Part shown: positions 28,222 to 38,516 of the stretch, piece after piece
Layout: every line of letters starts with the position of its first letter
How positions within the stretch are numbered: the stretch's first letter is position 1
Virus record (IMG/VR): IMGVR_UViG_3300034105_003474
Location: 1-64,000 of that record
Direction: 5' to 3' (one strand)
Length of the DNA stretch: 64,000 bases
Origin: a virus
Translations under genes and position numbers: made by a program
The notes under the pieces: generated by a model
Told to the model about the DNA's origin: nothing
The model's database searches: none
What the model saw: the letters and a program-made list of their open reading frames with translations, nothing else

Positions 28222-28963
28222 CTTCCGAAGTCTACACCCTTTTAAGTAAAAGTCAAATACTTTTCCGGACCGGTCCGACGTATATGACGTACAGGATTAT
28301 ATCGTTGGTATCAACGAAAAGCAACAGCAACGTAACACCAGCCAAACAAAACTTTGGAGAGTGTGAGAACCTTTACCAAATCAAAAAAGATGCGCGAGCA
28401 GCACAATCAGGATCCGCGATTTTTGTGAAACGCGAAACAAGAATTTGAAATGGAGATGATCATCAAGGTTGTATCCGCCACCGTGCATCTTAGATGCTTA
28501 CCTGCGCTTACTATTTTTTTCGGCGCAGTCCCGTGTGGTAGTGGTACAAGATAGCAGACCAACAGCCCCGCGCAACACACGTTTCAAAAATAAACCTCTA
28601 GTAACGTAATATTGTGTCCGACAGTCCCGTGTACCCGCGGGTAACCACAACATGTTGGGGTCACCTACCGCGGCAGCGGGGCTATCCCGCGTTCTGCACG
28701 ACAGTGCATGCGGGGCTGATAACTGTTGCTAGGCTAAAAGTTATCGGCGGGGCTCTGAAGACCCCCATCTGAAAGGCTCGTCGTAGTAGTAAGCGGGGCT
28801 ATGAACTTTTCGTCGGGAACAGTTGCATAGTCCCCGCTACTACTTTACTAATCGTAGGTCAGGTTTTTTGTAGGTTGGGTGATCACGCATTGAGCGTGTC
28901 AAGTCGTTGTTTCCGCCACCGTACAGTTTGGAAAGCGCGTTCTTCTTTTTTGTCGGTTTCTTC

Positions 28964-29296
28964 TTAGAACTCTCCGTCGTCATCGCTGTCCTCTGCTTCT
29001 CCTTGGTATGCCATCAGGATGTCAAATGCTTCTGATCGTCTGATGATTGCGTTTGCTGTCATGATCGGCCAGTCCGCTACAGGTGTTGCGAAACCTTCAA
29101 AGTGTTCTTGCATTCCTTCTTCGTTACCGCACGCCGAACATACTTCTATTGGTTTGTGTGCGTCTTGTCCGCGGGTGAGTCGGGAGATTGCCCCAATGTA
29201 TTGTCCGTGTTGCGCGTTTGAAGGGATCAGCCCTTCGCATCGGGGGCAGATGCCCATGTCTACTTGTTTGCCGTGGATTTTGTTCCAAGGTTTCAT
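28964..29296 (-). CDS. Hypothetical Zn-finger protein
   Basis: CPRC...AISR...VCSACG..E; AAGGAG RBS. Confidence 0.65.
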   Translation of the reverse strand: MKPWNKIHGKQVDMGICPRCEGLIPSNAQHGQYIGAISRLTRGQDAHKPIEVCSACGNEEGMQEHFEGFATPVADWPIMTANAIIRRSEAFDILMAYQGEAEDSDDDGEF

Positions 29297-29446
29297 TTGC
29301 TACTCCTTGTTTCTTGTTGGTTTAGTTTTATAGGTTCATGTGGGGAGTTGTTGCCATCCCATCCACAAACTTCTCCATCAGACCATTGGTCTACCCATAT
29401 GACCTGCTTGTTATATCTTATCTCAGTTATTGCCCACCCGCAATAT

Positions 29447-29698
29447 TTACAGGTAAACATCTATATCCGCCACCGTTTGGTTTGGAAGAGATGGTTGTTG
29501 TTCGTAAACCATGTATTCCCCGTCGTTGTCTATCGCGATGCCTGTGACCCAACTGTTGCGGTGCTCTGATCCTGTCGCGCTGTATGGGTCGTCGCCTATG
29601 AGGATGCGCGTCTTGAATACCGCACCTGACATCGCCTCGTTCTCGTTGGGTGCTTCTATATCTGTTGTCACCATTGTGGTAACGCGGTACTTTGCCAT
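29447..29698 (-). CDS. Hypothetical protein
   Basis: Coupled ORF; C-terminus overlaps the 24-bp repeat. Confidence 0.55.
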   Translation of the reverse strand: MAKYRVTTMVTTDIEAPNENEAMSGAVFKTRILIGDDPYSATGSEHRNSWVTGIAIDNDGEYMVYEQQPSLPNQTVADIDVYL

Positions 29699-30069
29699 TA
29701 CTTGTCCTTCCGTTTGTTCATGTATTCGTCTACTGCGTGGATGCCTGTGTTGATGATGAGTGATAGTGGGAGGAACGCTGATGCTTTCTTCCCGTAGGTT
29801 TCACTGTTTTTCTCTACGGACTCTTGGATAAGTTTTTCTAATAGTTCTCCGTTGAATGCCACATAGATTTGTTTGGTGTCTAGTTCTGTTATCAACGGTT
29901 CTAATACATCTTGTTCGGTGAACGCTGATGGGTGTGCTGTGAGGAATGTGATGTGTGTTCCGTCCTCGTGTTCCATGCGGAGAAGGATGTCGTTGTCACC
30001 GTCGTTCATATCTTCAAATTCAAAGTCCATATAGTTTATTTTTTTCTTTCTGATGGCTGTATACGCCAC
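29698..30069 (-). CDS. Hypothetical protein (start may be 30030)
   Basis: Acidic ORF coupled to next gene. Confidence 0.5.
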   Translation of the reverse strand: MAYTAIRKKKINYMDFEFEDMNDGDNDILLRMEHEDGTHITFLTAHPSAFTEQDVLEPLITELDTKQIYVAFNGELLEKLIQESVEKNSETYGKKASAFLPLSLIINTGIHAVDEYMNKRKDK

Positions 30070-30094
30070 CGTTTGGTTTGGAAAGCCACTTCGT

Positions 30095-30622
30095 TTAGAA
30101 GTGGTAGTCCACGATCACGATCCACTGTGAGTCAGGGTCTTTTTCTAGTCGCTTCTTCAACCACTCAGGGTTGGGGGTGTATTCAACCGTGTCGTAGAAC
30201 ATGGTGTCTGATGAGTATTCTCTGTTGAGAACCTTGAATGCTCTTGTGACTCTGAAGACCGCGAGACTTTCTTTCATGCGGTTATCTTTTTCTTCGTCTG
30301 TCATTTCTGTATAAGGTTTTTCACCGTAGTACTCAAAATCGTATTTACGGTTGGTGAGAATGTCCTTTAGGGAAATGTCTCCATACTCGCTGACAACTTT
30401 GTCTATGGTTTCTTGTGTCCACTCGCACGCAACTTCTACAAGTTTATTGAAACCTTCGGGATCATCTTTGTAGTTTGTTGCAACTTTCATGTCTGCGACA
30501 CGATCGTCTTCCACGATTGAACACCAATCTGACCACTCCTGCGACTCTGCGAACTGTAGTGCTCTGCCTTTTGCGTCCACTTCGTCAAACGCTTCTACTG
30601 CTAATCGGTGATATGTATGCAT
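30095..30622 (-). CDS. Hypothetical protein (ends VIVDYHF)
   Basis: Start MHTYHR after GAGG; W.DW and VDYH motifs. Confidence 0.65.
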   Translation of the reverse strand: MHTYHRLAVEAFDEVDAKGRALQFAESQEWSDWCSIVEDDRVADMKVATNYKDDPEGFNKLVEVACEWTQETIDKVVSEYGDISLKDILTNRKYDFEYYGEKPYTEMTDEEKDNRMKESLAVFRVTRAFKVLNREYSSDTMFYDTVEYTPNPEWLKKRLEKDPDSQWIVIVDYHF

Positions 30623-31056
30623 TAGATATTCCTCCCCATGATGTCGCTTGCGTAATTCCTGATACCTGATACGAGTTCCTCGCTGTAAACATTCCACAAG
30701 TAATCAGACGAGAGGATGTATTGTCCCAACTCGTTTAGTTGCTCATCTGTGAGTTCTTTTGCGAACTTGTATTCGTCGCTTGCGTAACCGCTGTCAAGAC
30801 GATCGGTGATTTCTTCACGCAACGCTTTCACACTGAATGCGATTGAGTTCGCATAGGTGAGATCGTTGTCGGTGTATCGGTCTAGTGATACCCCGTACTT
30901 TTCGCCAAGTTCACACGCCGTGCTGTCGTTTCCGCCCTCTTGCCATTCGTGCAAGAGTGCGAGACCTGCCTCGTCCAATGTTTCCGTGTTCATGAGTACT
31001 GTGCCTGCGAGATCGCAGACCGTACCGTCCATAGTGTTGATTAGGAACTTGCCCAT
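30622..31056 (-). CDS. Hypothetical protein
   Basis: Start MGKFLI after GGAG. Confidence 0.65.
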   Translation of the reverse strand: MGKFLINTMDGTVCDLAGTVLMNTETLDEAGLALLHEWQEGGNDSTACELGEKYGVSLDRYTDNDLTYANSIAFSVKALREEITDRLDSGYASDEYKFAKELTDEQLNELGQYILSSDYLWNVYSEELVSGIRNYASDIMGRNI

Positions 31057-31134
31057 TTTTATTACTCCATTTCTAGTAGGTGTATTTATTGTAGCGGTTA
31101 CAAAAATGTTTTGCAACCTGAAGCGGTTGGGTTG

Positions 31135-31488
31135 TTACACCCGAACCGCCCTACTAAGGATTTGTGCCTCAATCTCTTTCACAGGACGAGGACTCCAATG
31201 ACAATCACGCTCTACCGCAGGAACACCGCCAAAGACGCTGACTGCTTCTAGTTCGCTGTACGAGAAGTACCCGTACTCCATCTCAAACCCGTCTACGAGA
31301 CCCCAAAAGGTGTCTACGCCGTCAAACTCAATCGCATACCAAGTCCATTGGGAATACGGTGAGAAGAACTTGACCATTGCGATCGCTTCTTTTTCAGGGT
31401 GCTTCTCGCTGTTGTAGAGAGGGGGGAGAGTGTCCCTGATCTCTTGGGTTACAAGTAGGTGCTTTCGTTTCGCTTTTTGGGTTTCCAT
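31135..31488 (-). CDS. DUF2958 family protein
   Basis: VKFFSP...WTWY..E.DG..F.GLV.G.E.E.GYFS..EL...VERD. Confidence 0.8.
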   Translation of the reverse strand: METQKAKRKHLLVTQEIRDTLPPLYNSEKHPEKEAIAMVKFFSPYSQWTWYAIEFDGVDTFWGLVDGFEMEYGYFSYSELEAVSVFGGVPAVERDCHWSPRPVKEIEAQILSRAVRV

Positions 31489-31743
31489 TACTTGATCTCC
31501 TTGTAGTTTCCGTTTTTGGTTTCTTTTAGGTTTGTATAAATGATTACTTGTCCCTCGTTGTCTACATCCATGTCGCAACTTGGGATAAGTTTTTCTAACT
31601 TTTTACGCAACTTGTCACCGTCAATGTTTTTCATTGCTTCTCCTCGCAATCGTGTCCGTACCAATAATCATTTGCCTGATCTTCGTCACGCATATCAAAC
31701 ACGCGATCGCACTCTGCACATTTCGCTTTCATGATTTCGCTCC

Positions 31744-32079
31744 TTAGTTTTCTAGTGTGACTGTTGTGTCTTTTACGAATGTTGCCCACGCTGAAGTGAA
31801 CTCGTCGCCGTGTTTCGCAAACCCTACGATCTCGCCTTGCGGTTCACGCTCAACAATATGGATGAGTTGCGCCATGCGTGCTGTTGCTTCGGAAAGAACT
31901 TCGTATTCTTCTTCCCAAACATTTGCCACATAGTCGCCCCAAATCAAAACGAACTTGTTGAACATTTCGCTTTCAGGTTCTGTTTCAATGATGAACATTT
32001 CCGAGATGTCTGTACGCAACTCAAATATCACATTTGAGTTTTTGTAATCTTCTATGATCCCTTGTTTTAGTAATGACAT
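31744..32079 (-). CDS. Hypothetical protein
   Basis: AAGGAG RBS and own promoter. Confidence 0.6.
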   Translation of the reverse strand: MSLLKQGIIEDYKNSNVIFELRTDISEMFIIETEPESEMFNKFVLIWGDYVANVWEEEYEVLSEATARMAQLIHIVEREPQGEIVGFAKHGDEFTSAWATFVKDTTVTLEN

Positions 32080-32156
32080 TTCTTGCTCCTTGTTTAGTAG
32101 GTTTAGTTTCGGGTTTCCCCTTCCCCAAATAGTAGGGGAAGGGTGTAACACGGTTA

Positions 32157-32753
32157 TTAGAACGCCTGTACCAAAACTTTGGTAATTTCGTCTAGTTCGC
32201 CAACGACCTTCTCATACTGTGCGTCATAGTCGTCGTCGTCGCCACTCATGCTTGGGTACTCGCACTCAATGTTATTGAGAAGTACGCCTGCCTTGATCGC
32301 TGATCCACCCATGAAACCCATCCCACCTTCTTCGTAGGTGAGAATGAAGTTCAATGTTGGGAACTCCCTAGACACATTGACTATGCCCTGAATGATCGGA
32401 GACCACGCAGACATGAACACAACATCTAATAGACCTGCCTCGTAGGTGTTGATTACGCCTTCGTAGTCAGACCACTTAGAACCGTAGTTCGCACAATTCC
32501 AATCGTACCAATCCTTATATCCGAACTTTGCGATATTCGCTTCGTTCTGTTGTTCCATTGTCTTTTGCTTGTCGCTTTCACCGAAAGAACCTTTAGGTGT
32601 GTTCTGTAGTTCTTCGGGTGTTGGGAGAAGATTGTCAAGAATACGAAACTGTTCGTAATCTTTCATCTCACCTTTTGTGATTGCGTCATGAAAACGCATC
32701 ACTTCTTTGTCGTCTCCTGTTACTTGGAGATAGTTGCTACATAGGTTTGGCAT
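32157..32753 (-). CDS. DUF1281/YubB ferredoxin-like fold protein
   Basis: MPN.C.N, DWYDW...NYGSKW, F.SAWSP, Y.E.G..F.G. Confidence 0.75.
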   Translation of the reverse strand: MPNLCSNYLQVTGDDKEVMRFHDAITKGEMKDYEQFRILDNLLPTPEELQNTPKGSFGESDKQKTMEQQNEANIAKFGYKDWYDWNCANYGSKWSDYEGVINTYEAGLLDVVFMSAWSPIIQGIVNVSREFPTLNFILTYEEGGMGFMGGSAIKAGVLLNNIECEYPSMSGDDDDYDAQYEKVVGELDEITKVLVQAF

Positions 32754-33117
32754 TTCTTTGCTCCTTGATTTAGTAGGTTTAGTTGCTTGCCCAATCAGTA
32801 TGCCTCATGGGTGTAACACGGTTATTTTTTAGTAGGTGTATTTGTTTTGTTATTCATAAATATATCGGATCAGAAACCATTTGTCAAGTCTTTCGTAAAA
32901 CTTATCCGTATAAATCTAAACGATCTTGCTTTGAGGTTGGGTGAGCATCTGTATCCGCCACCGTTCAGGTTGGTAACAAACAAATGATGCTAAATAACAA
33001 CCGTTGCAAACTAGACAGCCCCGCATCTAACCCTGCACCCGCAACAGTCCCGCGATACACGCGAGAGCGCGGGACTACTGTCTGCGAACACCCGTTTGGT
33101 CTACTAATGTCGGGACT

Positions 33118-33504
33118 ATGAGAACTTCACGAACAGACAGATGGCAATACCGTTTCAATGCGCTTCAGCAATACACGAACAGGGCAGGTAGTTCACTTGT
33201 TCCTGCGACCCACATTGAAGTTTATGAGGGGAAGAATGTTGCTGTTGGTGCTTGGGTTGCGTACAACCGTCAGCAGTACAGAATGGGTACATTGCCTGAC
33301 GCACGCAAGCAAGCGTTAGAGACTCTCGCAGGTTGGCATTGGGAGAAACAGAAACCTGGCAGACGCTATGACATTCGCCGTGACGCAGACATTCTTTCAC
33401 GCCACGCAGGTGGAGAGCGAGTAGGTTTGCTCGCAGAACAATTCAATCTCTCTCGTCAACGAGTTCATCAGATCATCAAGAAGAAGTCAATCCCAAATGT
33501 CTAA
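33118..33504 (+). CDS. Helicase-associated (HA) domain plus C-terminal HTH protein
   Basis: W...F..L..Y...G...VP....G.WV...R..Y..G.L...R...LE...W.W; LAEQFNLSRQRVHQI. Confidence 0.75.
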   Translation: MRTSRTDRWQYRFNALQQYTNRAGSSLVPATHIEVYEGKNVAVGAWVAYNRQQYRMGTLPDARKQALETLAGWHWEKQKPGRRYDIRRDADILSRHAGGERVGLLAEQFNLSRQRVHQIIKKKSIPNV

Positions 33505-33853
33505 CTTTCGTAGCGGAGATAACAACGGTAGAGACGCTTGGAAGAAGATGAGCGAGTGGTCTCACAGTGTCCCTGACGACGAACTCAACGAACTATTCAT
33601 AGACCAAGATGAATGGGACGAGTGGGGAGACGCTGATCTATTGCCACCACTAACACGAGGAAAAAAGATGCAAAAGTTTATTGCAGGTTTATTCGGTCTC
33701 GCAATGATCGGAACAATTTTTTCTGTATCCACATACCAACTTGCAAAAGTGTTTGGTGTAGATAACTTCACTTTCCGAGACGCTGTTGTTGTGACTGTGT
33801 GCTTATCTTTGATTCGTTACACGGACGCAGGAGTGATGAAACAGATCCGATAA
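33497..33853 (+). CDS. Membrane protein
   Basis: Acidic N-terminus, two hydrophobic segments. Confidence 0.55.
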   Translation: MSNFRSGDNNGRDAWKKMSEWSHSVPDDELNELFIDQDEWDEWGDADLLPPLTRGKKMQKFIAGLFGLAMIGTIFSVSTYQLAKVFGVDNFTFRDAVVVTVCLSLIRYTDAGVMKQIR

Positions 33854-33985
33854 ACACAACAGGACGCACCCTTGCGAGTGCGCCCTGAGCGGAGAAACAG
33901 AAAGGTGAAAGGAGAAGTCCTTTCTATCTCTCTAGCGAACAGAATAACATATGAGTTATATGTCAATTCTGAAGCGGGTTGGGAG

Positions 33986-35482
33986 TTACCCCAACCGCTT
34001 TCCGTTTAGTTGTTGATAGGTCTGTTGCCACATTCTTGGATACCAACGCTGTGGTTTTTTACCAACCGATAGTTGCTTCAAGAGTGCAAGTCCGTCTTTC
34101 ACATTGTGTGCCATAAACACTTTGTGCTTCAAGACTTCTTTTATGCAGTCCATTGCAAGAATGTCGTGGTATCCACCGTACGCACCTGCTGTTCCAAGTC
34201 CGTGAACCTGACCGTCAGTAATCCACACGATCGGAGTTGACGAACGCTTACGCTGTTTGATTGCCCAACGAATTGCTTCGCCGTCAACACCGTTCCCACC
34301 ATTTCGTTCAGGAAGTTTGTCAACCATTTTTCCGTCTTTCGCAAGAACGAGAAGGTTTGGTTTGACATTGCTTCGGTCTGCCGAATACACCGCAACCGTG
34401 CAACCAGGACTTGCAACAGTGAGATCAAGAATGTCTTTATTGTTTAGAGACATTGAACCCGAACCGTCAATCAAGACGATACCGCCGTTGCCTTTCTTGT
34501 ATCGGTCAAACACTCGCTTCTCGGGGTCAACTAATGCGTTGCCGATTCTGCGTGGGTTACGACCAATGTTGCTTGCTGTGCGCTTGCGACCGAGACCGCC
34601 GTGTGCTTTGCGTGTAAGTGGAAGAGTACCAACAATAAGTTTTCCCCAAGTCGGTACTGCACCACTGCTTCTGCGTGAAGGTTCAGTCGGTTTTACTTTC
34701 TTTGGGTCTGCTTTCGGTTGCTGTGGTTTATCCGTTGCACCGTTGCCATTCTTGGTATCTTTCTTTGCGTTGCCTTCTTGCTTCGCTTCGTTCTCTTGCT
34801 TCGCTTCGCTTTCACCGTCTTCGTTTTCGTTTTCGTCAACAGGTGGATTTGCCAAACGGTCAATCCATTCTGCGATTCGCTCTGTGTGTGCGAACCCCAT
34901 TGGTGCGAGACCTGTGCGCTCATCTACTTCGGTTGAACCGAGAGTGCCTGTCTTGTGTGCCTTGACAAACTCCTTCTCCACTGCTTTCACAATGTCTCGG
35001 AGTGTTGTTCCCCATGCACGATTTACTCTGCGTACACCTGTGAGGAAGTCTTTGCCACCACCGCAAACCGAATAACCGACTGCTGTGTAAACCGCACTCG
35101 TCCAATCGCCTTGCTCTGCGACACGCATACCTGTAGTGAGTTCGCTTCCGTCTGCCAACAGATCAACATCAAATCCTGCTTTCTTGATAAGAAAGTTCAC
35201 ACGAACTTCCTCAACAACGATCAGTGCGTTCTCTGTTGCGATCTTGCGTTCAATCCACTTCGGGAAGTCGTCTGCGGGTGAGAACCGTGCGTGTGCCATT
35301 TCATGCGCACGAATTACACGATCAACTTGTTCGTCACCAACAGGAACAACCATGTGTTTTGTAACAACATTGGTCATTGGTTTGCCACGAACAGGTGCGC
35401 AAGTATCTACTTGCCATGCGCCCGAGTCTTTATCTTTGCGCCCCAACATTTCGGGGAGTGGTCTAATTTCTGTCTTTTGCAT
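33986..35482 (-). CDS. HEXXH metallopeptidase-like plus VWA-domain protein (MoxR partner)
   Basis: HEMAH...EE.RVN; MIDAS IDGSGSM; ITDG. Confidence 0.75.
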   Translation of the reverse strand: MQKTEIRPLPEMLGRKDKDSGAWQVDTCAPVRGKPMTNVVTKHMVVPVGDEQVDRVIRAHEMAHARFSPADDFPKWIERKIATENALIVVEEVRVNFLIKKAGFDVDLLADGSELTTGMRVAEQGDWTSAVYTAVGYSVCGGGKDFLTGVRRVNRAWGTTLRDIVKAVEKEFVKAHKTGTLGSTEVDERTGLAPMGFAHTERIAEWIDRLANPPVDENENEDGESEAKQENEAKQEGNAKKDTKNGNGATDKPQQPKADPKKVKPTEPSRRSSGAVPTWGKLIVGTLPLTRKAHGGLGRKRTASNIGRNPRRIGNALVDPEKRVFDRYKKGNGGIVLIDGSGSMSLNNKDILDLTVASPGCTVAVYSADRSNVKPNLLVLAKDGKMVDKLPERNGGNGVDGEAIRWAIKQRKRSSTPIVWITDGQVHGLGTAGAYGGYHDILAMDCIKEVLKHKVFMAHNVKDGLALLKQLSVGKKPQRWYPRMWQQTYQQLNGKRLG

Positions 35483-35571
35483 ATTTCCAACTTTCGTTTC
35501 TAGGTTTATGTCTCTTGCTTAGGGAGACTTGCTTACACCCCCACCTTACGGCAGGGGTGTCGCAGGGTTAT

Positions 35572-36315
35572 TTAGACCGCAACCTTGTTGATTGCGATTG
35601 CGTCTAGGACGCTTTCCGCTTGCTTTCCGAACACCATTCGTGCCGAGTCTGCGTCACCAAGTGTCTTGCGTAGGTGGTCAAACGCATAGAAGGTGCGGAG
35701 TGAGATTCTGCGCTCACCTGCGTCTGCCATGCGAACCGCATACTCACGCAAGTCTGCGGACAATGCCAACAGTGCGTCAGGATGTGGTTGGTTGATACGG
35801 ATTGCTACAGGGAAACGATCTTTCAACGCTTCAGGTAGTTCTTCCATTGTCTCAATGTTGGTGGTCATAACAACACTGAACCCGTCTTTTGGTGTGATCG
35901 TCCGACCGTTGTCAGGTGATTCCCACTTTGCTGATTCAGGTGAGTCAGTGAATGCGAGGAGTGTTGCGAACACATCTGCGCCTGCTTTGTCAATCTCGTC
36001 AATTACGAGACGACCGCCACGCAAACCGTCACCCTTCCACGCTGATACTGCTTTGCCGTCTGTCCAAGACCAACCGCCTTCGCCGTTCATCTTGTAGTGA
36101 CCTTCTACTTGCGCATTGGACATGTCCTCTGTGCAGATCAAACGCCACGCACCTGCGGTAATGTCACCGTAGTTGAGACCTGCGAAAGTCTTACCTGTTC
36201 CTGGGGGACCGAATAAGATCAAACGGTCAATGCCTGCGTTGAGTGCGTTCTCAACATCTTTCCAACACTGTGGAAGATCGTTGCGCACCTTTCCTTCTAG
36301 AACTTGCTGTGTCAT
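35572..36315 (-). CDS. MoxR/AAA_5-type AAA+ ATPase
   Basis: GPPGTGKT, VIDEIDKA, TTN, LPEALKDRF. Confidence 0.9.
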   Translation of the reverse strand: MTQQVLEGKVRNDLPQCWKDVENALNAGIDRLILFGPPGTGKTFAGLNYGDITAGAWRLICTEDMSNAQVEGHYKMNGEGGWSWTDGKAVSAWKGDGLRGGRLVIDEIDKAGADVFATLLAFTDSPESAKWESPDNGRTITPKDGFSVVMTTNIETMEELPEALKDRFPVAIRINQPHPDALLALSADLREYAVRMADAGERRISLRTFYAFDHLRKTLGDADSARMVFGKQAESVLDAIAINKVAV

Positions 36316-36444
36316 TTTTCTTTCCTTCTCCGAACTCTGTTCGGTCTAATTGTTTATGTCTATTTGTATTACGCACACACTCGCTGAATGTGTGACTTCC
36401 TTGTACACCCACCACATTACATGGTGGGTGTAACACGGTTTGAG

Positions 36445-36852
36445 TTACGCCACCTGCGCTTCTGCGTTGGTGTTGCTCTCGGTCTTTGCGCCTTTGAGTT
36501 CCGTTACACGGATTTGCTCGTATGCGGTGATCGTGGTTACTGCTTGTGCGACATCTGCCTTGATTACACCAACTTCTACTGCGGACTTGAACTTCTTTCC
36601 GTCCACTGCTGATTTGGTGACAGTCTTGAACACCTTGTCGGAAACAAGATCTTTCAACATTTCAACGCTGTAGGAAGGACGCTCGCCCTTGACTACTGCC
36701 ACTTTGATTCCGTCAACCACTGCGTAGTCAACGCCTTCTTTTGCGAGTTCCAACTTGAAACTTGCTTCTGCCTGTGCGAGTTCTTGCTGTGCGATCTCTA
36801 GTGCTTCACGCTTCGCAAGTACTGCTTTTGCTGTTGAGGTTGTTAGTGCCAT
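36445..36852 (-). CDS. Hypothetical protein
   Basis: Own promoter and RBS. Confidence 0.65.
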   Translation of the reverse strand: MALTTSTAKAVLAKREALEIAQQELAQAEASFKLELAKEGVDYAVVDGIKVAVVKGERPSYSVEMLKDLVSDKVFKTVTKSAVDGKKFKSAVEVGVIKADVAQAVTTITAYEQIRVTELKGAKTESNTNAEAQVA

Positions 36853-36993
36853 TTCTATTTCCTTCTTTCGTTTAGTTGTTTAGGTTTATTTGCTTCTTGC
36901 CACCACTGTATATCAGGGGTGTAACACGGTTATTCGTACTGACTTTCTATCTATGATAGATAGTCTAGTACCTGTTTTTGGACTTGTCAAGTC

Positions 36994-37245
36994 TTATGCG
37001 AGAAACCTCGCAATCCCTGCGTCCGTAAGGTCGTCCCCGATCTGACGCTTTGCGTCTAGGTCGTTCAGGTACTCGCTGACGATCTCGCAGATGTCGTCAC
37101 ATTGGTTCTGAATCGCTTCGTGACGCTCACGCTCGTCTGCGTCCTCTAAAGGGTTCATCACGACCGCATACGACCTGAACGCCTGTGCGAACAACGCTTG
37201 CTCAATGCGTTCTAGTTGTGCTTCTGTGAATGTTGTGATCTTCAT
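36994..37245 (-). CDS. Hypothetical protein
   Basis: Start MKITTF after AAGGAG. Confidence 0.6.
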   Translation of the reverse strand: MKITTFTEAQLERIEQALFAQAFRSYAVVMNPLEDADERERHEAIQNQCDDICEIVSEYLNDLDAKRQIGDDLTDAGIARFLA

Positions 37246-37533
37246 TGCTTGCTCCTTGTTTGTTGGTGTACCTGTAATACGCACAGTGACACGGAATGTG
37301 TGACAATCTTTTTTGGACAGAGTCCAAAATAGGTTGTGGATAATTCGTTGAGGTTTATATACGCCACCGTTCAAGTTGGTAGATGGTTGAAGGATCGCCG
37401 ATCCCCGTGCGCCTGCGCCCGAGAGCCCCGCGCTACAAGCATCTTCTCGGACAGCCCCGCGCCACATCTTTGGTGGCGGGACTACGACGAACTTTTCATC
37501 AAACTTTATACACGCTTGCGCTTTGGTGAGGAG

Positions 37534-37908
37534 ATGCACACTCAGTTTATTCGCTTAGGTTTATACGAGTACTTTGTAACACCCATTTATTATTCTGTAT
37601 TTATGACTTACATATTTGAGGAGTGTGAGGCGCAAGTGCGACTTCACCATAACGGCGAGTGGGTGGGATATGTCTCATATGACATTGACCTCATGGAAAC
37701 CGATTACATCACTATTGGTTGGGTCAAATCATTCATTGAAGGCAAGGGATATGCACGGATACTTATGGAGTGGTTGTACAACCGATACCCCGAACACACG
37801 ATTGATTGGGGAGAATGTTTGCACCCTGCGTCATTGGCGTTAGCAGAGGACTTCTACTCTCGGTACTACGACCGTACGGCATATTTAGAACCTATGGAAA
37901 TATCTTAG
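37534..37908 (+). CDS. GNAT-like acetyltransferase (start may be 37603)
   Basis: VGYVSY...I.WV....EGKGYARILM resembles GNAT motif A. Confidence 0.45.
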   Translation: MHTQFIRLGLYEYFVTPIYYSVFMTYIFEECEAQVRLHHNGEWVGYVSYDIDLMETDYITIGWVKSFIEGKGYARILMEWLYNRYPEHTIDWGECLHPASLALAEDFYSRYYDRTAYLEPMEIS

Positions 37909-37988
37909 AAACATCATCACACTTTATATGACTGTGTGCGTTATATGTGTGTAGGCAACAACGCCTACCAAACAGTTAGGAGACGCAG

Positions 37989-38132
37989 TTGGAAATCAAC
38001 TACGGAGCAATAAAAGAAATGACCCGTGCGTTGAAGCAAGAAATTGCACAAAATGGGATAAACGAAAACAATGCACAATGGGTTCACGAACTCAGAGTTG
38101 CGATTGAACTTCGTGAAAGCGGTGTCTACTAA
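37989..38132 (+). CDS. Small hypothetical protein (47 aa)
   Basis: TTG start after AGGAG; followed by terminator. Confidence 0.5.
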   Translation: MEINYGAIKEMTRALKQEIAQNGINENNAQWVHELRVAIELRESGVY

Positions 38133-38142
38133 CACCGCCAAC

Positions 38143-38179
38143 AAGACCCCAACTCGGAAACGGGTTGGGGTTCTTTTTT
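38143..38179 (+). terminator. Intrinsic terminator
   Basis: accccaactc-ggaaac-gggttggggt stem plus T-run. Confidence 0.7.
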
Positions 38180-38276
38180 GCCATAGCCCCGCGATCTGAT
38201 ACGCGACGCGGGACTGAAGCAAAAGAAAACCCGCAGAAGATGGTTGGTCTCCTGCGGGTTCTTGAAGTTTTGATTT

Positions 38277-38516
38277 TTAGTAGACCCCGAACGATATTCC
38301 GTCTGATGTCATTCCGAACAATGCGCCTGCGTCATTGCCCTCTGTGTCCTGCGAAGGGTAGAGGATTGTTCCGCTAGAGAGGACGAGAACCATAGGGATT
38401 TCCCGTTTCCGCCAACCTTCTTTGTTCATTTCTGCTTTTGTCATTGGACGGATGTCAATGATTGTTGATCCGATCATTGAGTCGTCTACGGTTTCTGCTT
38501 CGTATGTTTTACTCAT
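38277..38516 (-). CDS. Hypothetical protein (IRPMT..E...EGW...S.D.EGN..G family)
   Basis: Start MSKTYE; recurrent phage motif. Confidence 0.65.
   Translation of the reverse strand: MSKTYEAETVDDSMIGSTIIDIRPMTKAEMNKEGWRKREIPMVLVLSSGTILYPSQDTEGNDAGALFGMTSDGISFGVY

Noticed and set aside
34257-35075. 272-aa plus-strand ORF and similar antisense ORFs (e.g. 17716..18240, 48394..48879)
   Set aside because: Shadows of well-supported genes on the opposite strand; no motifs or RBS
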